A stretch of DNA of 64,000 nt from a virus. The position numbers and the translations under genes are program-made. The stretch is from the IMG/VR virus record IMGVR_UViG_3300034072_001378, positions 35,659 to 99,658 of that record, one strand, 5' to 3'. Below the pieces are notes generated by a model. That model had not been told where the DNA came from, made no database searches, and saw only the letters and a program-made list of their open reading frames with translations. Within the stretch, counting starts at the first letter, position 1. The number at the start of each line of letters is the position of its first letter. Below, piece by piece: positions 19,212 to 28,743 of the stretch.

Positions 19212-19764
19212 AATTAAAGAAAAAGAATTTACTGTTAAAGATAGTATAAATATTGTTAAAAATATGTTCAAGGATAAATCTAGACAGAAAAAATTAAGTT
19301 CTTTAGTTCCTGGAGATTTATTCTTTGGTGTATATGATGCAAAAAACAAAGAAGCTGTTTTTGATAAAAGACCTTTTGTTATTATATTGAGAAAATCAAA
19401 ATCATATATTTTGGGGGTCAATTTTAACTGGGCACCTTTGCCGCTTAGAGTAGTACTTGTTAAAAAAATTCTTCAAATGAATACAAAAAATATAAAAAAT
19501 AATAAACCTCTAGAATTTTCATATAAAGATTTAAAGCCCTTTATGAAAAAAATTGGCTTTGCCCCAATTATTAGATTATATATAACTAAAAGAATGAGTA
19601 ATAATGTTGTTCAGGTTCCACCCGAACATTTAATGACTGCCGCAAGATTACAAACTGCTGTATTTACAAATGGTAAAAAAGCAGAAGAACTTTATAAAAG
19701 AGCTATAGCAGGCAATAAAGCATATAGAAGTGGCCGAAGAAGAGTAGGTACAAAATATCAATAA
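19204..19764 (+). CDS. gp2: DNA end protector, T4 gp2-like
   Basis: PGDLFFGVYDAK...FDKRPFV...LGVNFNW.P..LR motifs. Confidence 0.8.
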   Translation: MAKIKEKEFTVKDSINIVKNMFKDKSRQKKLSSLVPGDLFFGVYDAKNKEAVFDKRPFVIILRKSKSYILGVNFNWAPLPLRVVLVKKILQMNTKNIKNNKPLEFSYKDLKPFMKKIGFAPIIRLYITKRMSNNVVQVPPEHLMTAARLQTAVFTNGKKAEELYKRAIAGNKAYRSGRRRVGTKYQ

Positions 19765-19861
19765 TCTAAAATTATAAATAATATTAATAAGAATAATTTT
19801 ATTCTTAAGATATTAATTATACTTAATGTATAAATAATTAAAATAACATGAAAGGATAAAA

Positions 19862-20065
19862 ATGGAAGATACACAAGTAAATGTTCTTGATTATGTAGCT
19901 GATAAAAAATATTCAGATTTTTCTGCAGCCGTAAAAAAAGAATTATTATATAAATTGGGAAATTCAAATGAAATAAAATCATTTGCTTCTGAGTATGATA
20001 AAATTCAACAAATGAAAAGTTTATTTTCACAAATTAGTAATGTTGGTTCTAATTCTGTAGAATAA
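19862..20065 (+). CDS. small prohead core protein (gp67-like)
   Basis: position immediately before gp21, size, late promoter upstream. Confidence 0.45.
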   Translation: MEDTQVNVLDYVADKKYSDFSAAVKKELLYKLGNSNEIKSFASEYDKIQQMKSLFSQISNVGSNSVE

Positions 20066-20098
20066 TATAAATAATTATAAAATAGAGAGGTTAAAGAT

Positions 20099-20938
20099 AT
20101 GAAATATCTAATAGATGAAGCATTAATTGTTGAATCTGTTGTTCAGGATGAGATTAATGAAGCAACGGGTAAAAAAGAAAAGAATTATTATATTGAAGGA
20201 ATATTTAGTACACCTGGACAAAAGAATAGAAATGGTAGAATTTATCCATTATCTATTTGGGAAAGAGAAGTTGCTAAATATCAAGAAGAAATTAAAAATA
20301 ATTCTATGAATACTTTAGGTGAATGGGAGCATCCAGCGAGAGTTTCTGTTGATCCATTGGAAGCAGTTATGAAAATTGTTGAATTAAAAATTGATAATGG
20401 GTTAGTTGTTGGAAAAGCAAAAATTTTAAATAATAATTCTCCTAAAACAAATCAATTAAAAGCACTTATTGATGAAGGGTATAAAATTGGTGTTTCTTCA
20501 AGAGGTACTGGTTCTGTTAAAGGTGATATGGTTGAAAATTTTAATCTTACTACATATGATGCTGTAAGCTCACCTTCAGATTATAATGCAAACTTAACAG
20601 GTTTATGTGAATCTTTAGAATCAAGTGTAATTTTAGAAACTTCAAAAGAATCTGAAATTATTGAAGAACCAATTGTAGAAGCTAAAAAAGAAATTTCGCT
20701 TAGAGAAAAAGAACTTTTGCAAAAAGAATTTAAAAATAAATTCAATGAATTTTTAAGCAATTTAAAATCAAAAGATTTAAATGAATCTTTGAATGAAGGA
20801 TTAAAAGTTAATAGTAAAATGTCAGTATTAAATGCTATAAAAATTGTTCACGATAAATTAACAGATGAAAAACAAAAAGATATGTTAAATGCTTCTTTAG
20901 AATTTTTATCTAAAGAATTTGATATATCATTAAAATAA
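20099..20938 (+). CDS. gp21: prohead protease
   Basis: YIEGIF, KNRNGRIYP, LGEWEHP, GVSSRG.GS, D.V..PS motifs. Confidence 0.95.
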   Translation: MKYLIDEALIVESVVQDEINEATGKKEKNYYIEGIFSTPGQKNRNGRIYPLSIWEREVAKYQEEIKNNSMNTLGEWEHPARVSVDPLEAVMKIVELKIDNGLVVGKAKILNNNSPKTNQLKALIDEGYKIGVSSRGTGSVKGDMVENFNLTTYDAVSSPSDYNANLTGLCESLESSVILETSKESEIIEEPIVEAKKEISLREKELLQKEFKNKFNEFLSNLKSKDLNESLNEGLKVNSKMSVLNAIKIVHDKLTDEKQKDMLNASLEFLSKEFDISLK

Positions 20939-21051
20939 AAAAAAAATATAAATAATATAAATTAAACACATATAGGTTTTAATATAAAGGGATTTAGGTT
21001 ATCCTTTAATGAAATAGTTTGAAATAAAATCTATAAAAAAGGAGAAAAAGA

Positions 21052-21846
21052 ATGTTAGAAAAACTTTTAGAGTCTTTAGACAAAGAAGTGTATTCTGCTG
21101 AAATGCTAGAAGATATTCAGAATCAATTCAATGAAGCTGTATTAGCTAAATCTGAAGAATTATCTGAAAAATTCATTGCTGAAGCATTAGAAACTAAAAC
21201 TGCGGAAATTGAAGCAAAAGCTGAAGAATTTATTTCTGAAAAATTAGCTGAAATGACAGAATCATTTGATGCTAAAGAGAAGGAATTAGAAGAAAAATCA
21301 AAAACTGAATTAGCTGAAAAATTAGCAGAAATTAATGAGAATTTGAATTTATTCTTAGATAAAGTTATTGAGGAATTTGTAGTTGAATCGAAAGAAAAAT
21401 TAAATGAATCTTTAAAATCAGCAAAAGCAGATATGATTATTGAGGCATATGATGCAATGATCGCGGCTGGATCTTTAGATGTTGCTAAAATTGTTGAAGC
21501 AAAAGATAGTTCAGCAGTTGAAAGAAAATTATCTGAATCGGTTGAAAAATATGATGCTTTAATGCTTGAGCATTTAGAGCTTAAAAAAGAAAAAGAACAA
21601 TTAATTAAAACTGGAATTATCATGGAAATGAAAGAAGGTTTAAGTTTAGTTGAATCTAAAAAATTCGAAAAATTAGCTGAAATGGTTCCTTTTTCACAAG
21701 ATGAAAAATTCATGGAAAGATTAACAGTTATTAAAGAATCTGTTTCTGGTGTTTCTGAAAAAGAAATTATTACTGAGAGTACAAAAGAAATTGAAGTAAA
21801 AGTTGATAAAAAACCTTCTACAGCAGATTTTTCGCACTTAGTATAA
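21052..21846 (+). CDS. gp22: prohead core scaffolding protein
   Basis: acidic coiled-coil with many (L/I/V)xES sites, between gp21 and gp23. Confidence 0.88.
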   Translation: MLEKLLESLDKEVYSAEMLEDIQNQFNEAVLAKSEELSEKFIAEALETKTAEIEAKAEEFISEKLAEMTESFDAKEKELEEKSKTELAEKLAEINENLNLFLDKVIEEFVVESKEKLNESLKSAKADMIIEAYDAMIAAGSLDVAKIVEAKDSSAVERKLSESVEKYDALMLEHLELKKEKEQLIKTGIIMEMKEGLSLVESKKFEKLAEMVPFSQDEKFMERLTVIKESVSGVSEKEIITESTKEIEVKVDKKPSTADFSHLV

Positions 21847-21890
21847 AAAATATAAATAATAATATAAATTAAAACAAGGAGATTTAAACA

Positions 21891-23216
21891 ATGAATGAAA
21901 ACATTCAAAAATTATTAGAAAGCACTAAATATGCTCCATTAAATGGTTCAGATAAAAATGCTATGAATTTACTTTTAGAAAATGCTCAAAGAGATTTAGA
22001 TGCATTAATTAACGAAGGTACATTAGCAGGTGATGTTGCACAGTTTACGCCAATTTTAATGCCAATGGTAAGAAGAGTTTACCCAACTTTAATTGCTAAT
22101 GAATTATTAGGTATCCAACCAATGACTATGCCAACTGGGTTTATTTATGCATTAACTAACCAATATATTGGTACAAATAATAACAATGCTACACCAAATT
22201 CAAATGCTATTATTGTTGAATTAGATGGTCCTACAACTGTTGTTGAAGGTGCTACAGTATTTACTGATGCTAAAGTATTATATGTTGAAGGAAACAAAGT
22301 TCTTATTAATTTAGGTGCTACTCCAGTTGCAGTAGGTGATGCTATTGAAGTTGGTGTTTTAGTTACTGGAAAATATACAAATGAAGCTTCTTTTAGAAAA
22401 ATCTTAAAAGGTTACACAGGTACTTACTCTACAGCAGCTGGTGAACAATTAGGTAAAGACATGAGAGAAATTGGATTTAGTATTTCTAAAAAATCAGTAG
22501 AAGCTAAAACAAGAAAATTAAAAGGTCGATATTCTGTTGAAATGTACCAAGATTTAAAAGCACAACACGGTTTATTAGCAGATGAAGAAATTATGTCATT
22601 AATGTCATATGAAATTCAAGCTGAAATTGATAGAGAAGTTGTTGATTTTGTTAATGCTAATAGTACAATTTTAGCTGATACTGCTTTCACTGCTGATTCA
22701 ACAGATGGGACAGGAAGATGGGAAATTGAAAAATACAGAAGAGAAGTTATTAGAATTTCTAAAGAAGCTGCTCAAATCGGTATTGATACAAAAAGAGGTC
22801 AAGGTAATACATTATTAGTTTCTCCAAAAGTTGCTACAATGTTAGAACAAGTTGGAAAATTCAAAGTTGCAGAAGTTAACGGACCTGATGGTGTTAAATC
22901 TCCTATTTCTGGTGGAGTTGCTGGTATTTTTGATGGAAGATTTAAGGTAATTGTAGACCAATATGCTACTTCAGATTATGCAACTGTATTATATAAAGGA
23001 GCAGATCGAAGAGATGCAATGGGCTTCTTTGCTCCATATGTACCTTTATCATTCCAAAAGGTAACAAACACTGATTCTGGTCAACCAGCAATCATAGCGG
23101 CTACTAGATATGCTTTAGATACAATCCCAGGAGTTGAATCTTCAATCTCTAATGATAGAGCTAAAACATACTCAAGATCGTTTGGAATTGATTTTGCCAA
23201 TACAATTCTTAACTAA
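21891..23216 (+). CDS. gp23: major capsid protein
   Basis: MVRRVYP.LIANEL.G.QPM..PTG.IYAL, VEAKTRKLK..YS.EM.QDLKAQHG, EIQAEIDRE, FFAPYVPL, TRYAL motifs. Confidence 0.97.
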   Translation: MNENIQKLLESTKYAPLNGSDKNAMNLLLENAQRDLDALINEGTLAGDVAQFTPILMPMVRRVYPTLIANELLGIQPMTMPTGFIYALTNQYIGTNNNNATPNSNAIIVELDGPTTVVEGATVFTDAKVLYVEGNKVLINLGATPVAVGDAIEVGVLVTGKYTNEASFRKILKGYTGTYSTAAGEQLGKDMREIGFSISKKSVEAKTRKLKGRYSVEMYQDLKAQHGLLADEEIMSLMSYEIQAEIDREVVDFVNANSTILADTAFTADSTDGTGRWEIEKYRREVIRISKEAAQIGIDTKRGQGNTLLVSPKVATMLEQVGKFKVAEVNGPDGVKSPISGGVAGIFDGRFKVIVDQYATSDYATVLYKGADRRDAMGFFAPYVPLSFQKVTNTDSGQPAIIAATRYALDTIPGVESSISNDRAKTYSRSFGIDFANTILN

Positions 23217-23217
23217 T

Positions 23218-23247
23218 TTTAAACTAGGAAATATTTCCTAGTTTAAA
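23218..23247. terminator. bidirectional terminator (perfect 30-bp palindrome) at convergent gene junction
   Basis: tttaaactaggaaat|atttcctagtttaaa right after the gp23 stop. Confidence 0.8.
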
Positions 23248-23520
23248 TTACTTTCAAAACTTCTTAAAATCACAAAATCTGTTAAATCTAAAGATTTATA
23301 AATTTTATTTTGTATATATTCAGAAAGCAAATACACTTCATTTTGGTACCTTTCTATTTAAAAATAATTTCAATAAATTCAGGAGATGTTTCAGGTAAAT
23401 AAATATTCCATTCACTATAACTTATAACACCATCATAATAAAGAAGAAAATCTATTTCAGTCTCATCTTTAGCACCTTGTTCTCTCATTTCTTTAGTTAA
23501 GTTTTCTAATTCGATTAAAT

Positions 23521-23712
23521 TCATTTTATATCCTCATATTTCACATCTTGTGCTTCATATGATTTACATTCTACATTGTGCCCATCTTGATTATTAATAG
23601 TAAAAGCTCCACTAAATGTATTAAAAAATACAACTTTATACCATTCACCTTTTTTTAAATTACTTCTTTCATCGCCATTAAACTTAATCCATTTTGGTTT
23701 TTGTTGTTCCAT
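23521..23712 (-). CDS. hypothetical protein (early)
   Basis: ORF with RBS and early promoter repeat upstream. Confidence 0.6.
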   Translation of the reverse strand: MEQQKPKWIKFNGDERSNLKKGEWYKVVFFNTFSGAFTINNQDGHNVECKSYEAQDVKYEDIK

Positions 23713-23738
23713 TTTATATCCTTTAATTTATATAATTT

Positions 23739-23762
23739 ATTATATACAAAAGAATATTAAAG
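23739..23762 (-). promoter_or_regulatory. early promoter repeat
   Basis: exact CTTTAATATTCTTTTGTATATAAT on minus strand. Confidence 0.75.
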
Positions 23763-23774
23763 TTATATTAAAAA

Positions 23775-24167
23775 TTAATTTGATAGAACTCTATTTTTCA
23801 GATTGTTCATTGCAATTTTTCTTTCATTATTTTCTAATGACCATTTATCAGAATCAATAAATTTAATAAATGTGTTTTTACCTCTATCATTTATTTTTGC
23901 ATTATATTCACACATAATATGCGCTAGTGCTTGAATATATACACTTTGAATAAACCCAGGATTTAAATGCTCATTGTAATTATAATTTTTTAAAGATTCA
24001 TATAATAAATCTTGATTATTTTCTAATAAAACTCTAATTGTATTATCATCTTGAATGAGTTTACCAAAATCATCATACCTAATATTTAAAATATCAAAAA
24101 TAAAATCTTGCAAATCCATACCATCATCACCATCTAGTGGCCCATACTCAAACCATCCCATTTTCAC
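23775..24167 (-). CDS. hypothetical protein
   Basis: ORF in coupled minus-strand run; GWF.YG..DGD.G.D N-terminal motif. Confidence 0.6.
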   Translation of the reverse strand: MKMGWFEYGPLDGDDGMDLQDFIFDILNIRYDDFGKLIQDDNTIRVLLENNQDLLYESLKNYNYNEHLNPGFIQSVYIQALAHIMCEYNAKINDRGKNTFIKFIDSDKWSLENNERKIAMNNLKNRVLSN

Positions 24168-24358
24168 CCCTTTATAAAAATATAAGATATTTTACCAGTT
24201 GTTGAAAATTTCATATTATCGAACATGTTATATTCAAATTCACTTTCAAGCCCACCAGCACCACCAAGCATTTTATCTGTAAAAATCATAATATATGGTA
24301 GTGTTATTATAAACCATGTCCATTCTAATGTTTCTTGTAATATTTCTTTTAATTTCAT
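24164..24358 (-). CDS. hypothetical small membrane protein
   Basis: coupled ORF with short hydrophobic stretch. Confidence 0.5.
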   Translation of the reverse strand: MKLKEILQETLEWTWFIITLPYIMIFTDKMLGGAGGLESEFEYNMFDNMKFSTTGKISYIFIKG

Positions 24359-24567
24359 TTAATAAACCCTTGTATTTTTGCTTTTTCTTCTGTATCTAAT
24401 TCACAATTATAAATATCTATTCTAATATTTTCTGCAATATTTTCTTTTGTTTGTGTTCCAACAAAAGATTCATCCTCATTTTCATAAAATTCCCATTGTT
24501 CTAAAATATACTTTTTAAGATATGGAAATTCTTCAATTAATTGTTGTTTATATGATTTTCTTGCCAT
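24355..24567 (-). CDS. hypothetical protein
   Basis: coupled ORF. Confidence 0.55.
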   Translation of the reverse strand: MARKSYKQQLIEEFPYLKKYILEQWEFYENEDESFVGTQTKENIAENIRIDIYNCELDTEEKAKIQGFIK

Positions 24568-24568
24568 T

Positions 24569-24946
24569 TTAATTTTCCCTTATTAATTTATTAAATTTTA
24601 TTTCTGCCAAATCTCTTGCTCCCGCAATAAAACTATCAATTTTTTCATTATTAATAAAAATATCCCAAGAATAAATATCATCCCACAATTTAATCTTTTT
24701 TAATTGTGTTATATTCCCATTTTTTGATACTTCGCATAAATCTATACCATTGTATTGTTTATATTCTAATATTGCGTTATTTAATTGATGTTCTAAATCT
24801 TCGTCTATATGAACATTATAAGAATTAAATATTTCTGCAATATTTTTTGATTCAAATATTGATTTTAATGTTATATTTATTAATTCATCGTCTTGTTCAC
24901 AGTATAAGTATACTATATTTTTATAATGATTTGCATAAACTCTCAT
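24569..24946 (-). CDS. hypothetical protein (early)
   Basis: ORF with RBS and early promoter repeat upstream. Confidence 0.6.
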   Translation of the reverse strand: MRVYANHYKNIVYLYCEQDDELINITLKSIFESKNIAEIFNSYNVHIDEDLEHQLNNAILEYKQYNGIDLCEVSKNGNITQLKKIKLWDDIYSWDIFINNEKIDSFIAGARDLAEIKFNKLIREN

Positions 24947-24972
24947 TTTATATCCTTTAATTTATATAATTT

Positions 24973-24996
24973 ATTATATACAAAAGAATATTAAAG
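24973..24996 (-). promoter_or_regulatory. early promoter repeat
   Basis: exact consensus; 24944-24996 is identical to 23710-23762 (53 bp incl. RBS and ATG). Confidence 0.75.
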
Positions 24997-25746
24997 CTAA
25001 ATTAAATATCCAAATTCATTAAATAAATGTGCTCTAATAAAATATTTTTTACTATCTATTTCTCTATATATAAAGTCTATATATTTTTTAGTTATATTTC
25101 CTATTTCTGTTTCAATTTCAAGTAATCTTACTGCGTCAATTTGTTTATCTTCTAAAGATTCTCTTAAATTATTCATTTTATATTCATAAGCACTTAAATT
25201 AGTTGATGATAAATCACATTCTCCTGCTTTAATATTCTTTAAAAATCTTAAATCTAAATTAAAAATATGTTCATTATTCATAATTGCTTCTGCAAAATAT
25301 AAACCTCTTATAAAATGACTTGCTGTTTTAGGATTATATCTTTTTCTAATTGTTTTTAAATCTCTTTTTGCCATTCCTAAATATGATTTTATGATTTTAG
25401 TGTTATAATAATTTAAAGCATCTCTTAGATTAGGAAATTTTTTCTTGAATTCATTTGATTGAAGAACTTCATAATTAATTGTACTATCACCAGTAATAAT
25501 ATTCAAACAAAATTGTTCAAGTGATGTAAAAATATAATTAATATTATTATTTTCATCATTATATTGAAGTTGATGATGTGAATTTAATGTTCCTCTATTA
25601 AATACAGAATCAATATAAATAATTAATATATCTTTATCAGAATTTTCATTTTGTAAATTATACATATATGAACCAACTTCAATTTCAAATATCTTATTTT
25701 GCATTAATTCATTAAATAATTTTTTATTTTTAAAGTGTATATTCAT
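24997..25746 (-). CDS. predicted nucleotidyltransferase (Pol-beta fold, nrdC.11-like)
   Basis: VGSYMYNL.NE.SDKD motif; helical C-domain with K.ASHFIR. Confidence 0.75.
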   Translation of the reverse strand: MNIHFKNKKLFNELMQNKIFEIEVGSYMYNLQNENSDKDILIIYIDSVFNRGTLNSHHQLQYNDENNNINYIFTSLEQFCLNIITGDSTINYEVLQSNEFKKKFPNLRDALNYYNTKIIKSYLGMAKRDLKTIRKRYNPKTASHFIRGLYFAEAIMNNEHIFNLDLRFLKNIKAGECDLSSTNLSAYEYKMNNLRESLEDKQIDAVRLLEIETEIGNITKKYIDFIYREIDSKKYFIRAHLFNEFGYLI

Positions 25747-25902
25747 TTTGATTTCTTAAGTTCTTTTAATTCTTTTATTGCTTCGGTTATTAATTTTTTA
25801 TCAATAATAACTTCTTCGGTAGTTGAAGAATACTTAACAAAATTAAAGTTTTCTTTCTTTAGCTCAGTTAAAATATATAATGCTTTTTTCATTTTTATTC
25901 CT

Positions 25903-26409
25903 TTAAAATTTTATATTTTTATATGATTTATTTGCTAAAATTGTATCTTTATGAAATTTCATTCCTAATTTTTTACACATATTTTTAGCAAAATTATCTG
26001 CGTCTTTTTCAAGAATTTTATCTTCGTGAATTTCTACACCTTTATCTTTTATATATGAATTTCTATAAAAATCTTTCATATGTGTTTGCTGATACCAATG
26101 TCTCATTTCGTGAAATAAATAATATGGTACTTGTAACTCGTGTTTTTTATACATAAGTATAAAACAAGTTTCAATATCAGGCATCTCATATACACATGTG
26201 CCTCCTGCATTTTTAAAAAATTCTTTTGTTTTCTTAAATGTGTGATAATATTCATATTTTCTAAAATAGTACCAAGTTAAAATTAAACCAATAAAATTAT
26301 AAGGTAATATAATCAAGGGTTTATCATACGTTCTATAGATATCTGGCATTTGTGAAATAAAATAATTTATTGTCTTATTTCTAGTTAATGTAAAATTTAT
26401 TATTTTCAT
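25903..26409 (-). CDS. hypothetical HEXXH zincin-like protein
   Basis: LFHEMRHWYQ and LE.DADNFA motifs. Confidence 0.6.
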   Translation of the reverse strand: MKIINFTLTRNKTINYFISQMPDIYRTYDKPLIILPYNFIGLILTWYYFRKYEYYHTFKKTKEFFKNAGGTCVYEMPDIETCFILMYKKHELQVPYYLFHEMRHWYQQTHMKDFYRNSYIKDKGVEIHEDKILEKDADNFAKNMCKKLGMKFHKDTILANKSYKNIKF

Positions 26410-26551
26410 TTTTTCTAATCTTTAATATTTTATATTCATTTGATTTTAAATGCTTTAGTAAATTAACCGCATTTTGTGTTTTTGTTACAAATATATTAAT
26501 TTCGTTATCTTTCTGTGTATAAATTGTATGTGTATTTAGCATTTTATTTCC

Positions 26552-26896
26552 TTAAATTTCTAATTTTTCTTCGATTATAAATTCCCTTGATTCACAGAAT
26601 TGTGATATAAAATCAAATAAATTAAATTTCGAAAGATTAAAATATTTAGATTTTATTTCACTATAATTATTTTCTAATTCATTAATTTCTTCTTCTGATC
26701 TTCTACATAATTCCCTCGGATAATATTTAGCATCCAATTTAGCATATAGCTTTTTCATATCTAAGAAGAAACTTTCTATCTCTTCTTCTAAAGCAGGTAT
26801 TAAATTTTCTAATTTTTCTTTATCTTTTGAAACGCAAACTGTAGATGTTGAAGAACCGTCATATCCATTATCTTCTAGTATTGTTAAAATTTTCAT
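26552..26896 (-). CDS. hypothetical protein (early)
   Basis: ORF with RBS and early promoter repeat upstream. Confidence 0.6.
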   Translation of the reverse strand: MKILTILEDNGYDGSSTSTVCVSKDKEKLENLIPALEEEIESFFLDMKKLYAKLDAKYYPRELCRRSEEEINELENNYSEIKSKYFNLSKFNLFDFISQFCESREFIIEEKLEI

Positions 26897-26922
26897 TTTA
26901 TTTCCTTTTATTTTAATAAATA

Positions 26923-26946
26923 ATTATATACTAAAGAATATTAAAG
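26923..26946 (-). promoter_or_regulatory. early promoter repeat
   Basis: CTTTAATATTCTTTAGTATATAAT, 1 mismatch from consensus. Confidence 0.7.
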
Positions 26947-27195
26947 TTAAATTAAATTACTAAAATAGTTCTTATTTTCATTAAATATTTCTATTATTTG
27001 ATCTTTTGTTAAAGTATATTCAGTAAATGTATTTATTCTATAATTTGCAATATGAATTAATGTGTTGGATTTTATTTTAAAATTATTGCACTCTAATATA
27101 TCTAGAAAAATTAAGCATATTGTTTTCTTCATTATTTCTAAATTTGAATTAATTAAATTATTTTTATTTTCTTTTAGTATTATATATTTTTGCAT
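26947..27195 (-). CDS. hypothetical protein
   Basis: ORF 26947-27255; ATG at 27195 right after the upstream stop is the more likely start. Confidence 0.4.
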   Translation of the reverse strand: MQKYIILKENKNNLINSNLEIMKKTICLIFLDILECNNFKIKSNTLIHIANYRINTFTEYTLTKDQIIEIFNENKNYFSNLI

Positions 27196-27196
27196 A

Positions 27197-27775
27197 TTAA
27201 TACCAATGTTTATATTTAAGAACATTATTAATAGTATTTTGATTATATTCTTCATTTAAAATTGTTTTAATTGCTTTAACTATATTATATTTTGATTTTA
27301 AACTTCTAGCTCTTGGTAATTTCATAATCAATTTTTCAAAATGATGACTATAAGGCAAATATCTATGAATATTTTTAATACAACTTGGGATAGCTATAAT
27401 TGAATCAAATTCATATCTTTTTTCATAATCAATATAATTGTATTGTCTCGCATGAAGATTTTGAATCTCTTCATTTAAAATTACATCTGATTCATCTTCG
27501 AGAATTATGTATTTTGAATCTTTTAAATAATCACCGTTATAATCTGCTCGGTAGAAATATTCTTTATAAAGATTATATTTTGTGTATTCTATATTTGAAA
27601 TATTAAATTCTCTTTTTAAAATTTTTGTTAAAAGATCATTTTGTTTATCTGATAAAGTTTGTTTTATTTCAAATTGATTTTTTAAAGATTCAAAAATTTT
27701 CTTTTCTGATTCATTTAAAGAACTCAATTCACTTAATGCTATATTGTATTTTTCGATTAAATTTGTGTTATTCAT
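27197..27775 (-). CDS. hypothetical protein (early)
   Basis: ORF with RBS and promoter repeat at 27800-27823. Confidence 0.6.
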   Translation of the reverse strand: MNNTNLIEKYNIALSELSSLNESEKKIFESLKNQFEIKQTLSDKQNDLLTKILKREFNISNIEYTKYNLYKEYFYRADYNGDYLKDSKYIILEDESDVILNEEIQNLHARQYNYIDYEKRYEFDSIIAIPSCIKNIHRYLPYSHHFEKLIMKLPRARSLKSKYNIVKAIKTILNEEYNQNTINNVLKYKHWY

Positions 27776-27904
27776 CTTAATTCCTTTTTAAATTAAATAA
27801 TTATATACTAAAAATATTTAAAGTTTTATTAAAATTTGAATTTTAAAGAATTTTTTGAACTTAAAATATAAATATTATAAAATAATCATAATGAGGTAAC
27901 AATT

Positions 27905-28210
27905 ATGGGAAAGGATATAAAATTAATGCTAGATGAAAATCAAGATGGTATAATTTCACAAGATGAACTCACAATAGCAAAAGAGCTTCAAGATTTAAAA
28001 GATAAAATGAAAAAAAGTGAAGATCAAAGTAAAATGGCTTGGATATCTTTAATAGCAATATTAGTTTTTACTGCATTTTTATTTAGTCCTTATGTTGATG
28101 TTACTAGAGTTGATGCAATAAGTGAATTTATTGGTATGTTTTATATAACATTGGCTGGAGTTGTTGCGGCATATATGGGAACACAAGCTTGGGCTATGAG
28201 AAAATCATAA
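27905..28210 (+). CDS. EF-hand-like plus two-TM membrane protein (holin-like candidate)
   Basis: DENQDGIISQDE loop then two hydrophobic helices and basic C-terminus; late promoter 27867-27874. Confidence 0.55.
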   Translation: MGKDIKLMLDENQDGIISQDELTIAKELQDLKDKMKKSEDQSKMAWISLIAILVFTAFLFSPYVDVTRVDAISEFIGMFYITLAGVVAAYMGTQAWAMRKS

Positions 28211-28221
28211 AGGAAAAATAA

Positions 28222-28734
28222 ATGAAACTAAAAGACGCTATAATAAAAGCATATGATACACATTGGAGTATGATAAATACTTTCACAGTTCAATTTGATT
28301 TTCCGTTTAGATTTAATAATTTATTAAAAACAAAATTCGATGATTCAATAAATTTATGTATAAAATCAATCAATACACCCGATTTTCAAAATAATCCTAT
28401 TGAATCATTTGTTGGTAATAAATGGAGAATTCAAAATGGAAGAGATGAGATTTATAAATTCAGTATAACGTTTAGAGATAAAGACCAAATGAGTTTATAT
28501 AAATCTTTTTACAATATATATAGACAAACAAGAGAGCAATATTTTGATAATTGTTCATTTAAGGTTATTATATATAAAGATTCTGATTATTCAAGTGAAT
28601 ATGATAAAAAATTTATGGAATTAAGTGGAACATTAATAGAAAGTGTTTCAAATTTAGCTTTTTCGAATGAAACGGGAAGTGAAATAGCTGAATTTACAGT
28701 AAATTTTAAATGCGTTTCGCCAAATATATTTTAA
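28222..28734 (+). CDS. tail tube-fold baseplate protein (gp54-like tube initiator)
   Basis: IKSINTPDF, FSITFRD, IAEFTVNF tube-fold pattern; heads the baseplate cluster. Confidence 0.6.
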   Translation: MKLKDAIIKAYDTHWSMINTFTVQFDFPFRFNNLLKTKFDDSINLCIKSINTPDFQNNPIESFVGNKWRIQNGRDEIYKFSITFRDKDQMSLYKSFYNIYRQTREQYFDNCSFKVIIYKDSDYSSEYDKKFMELSGTLIESVSNLAFSNETGSEIAEFTVNFKCVSPNIF

Positions 28735-28743
28735 AGGACGTAA

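Noticed and set aside
21123-21908. 261-aa minus-strand ORF opposite the scaffold gene
   Set aside because: Ser/Phe/Asn-rich antisense shadow of Glu/Lys-rich gp22; no RBS or motif
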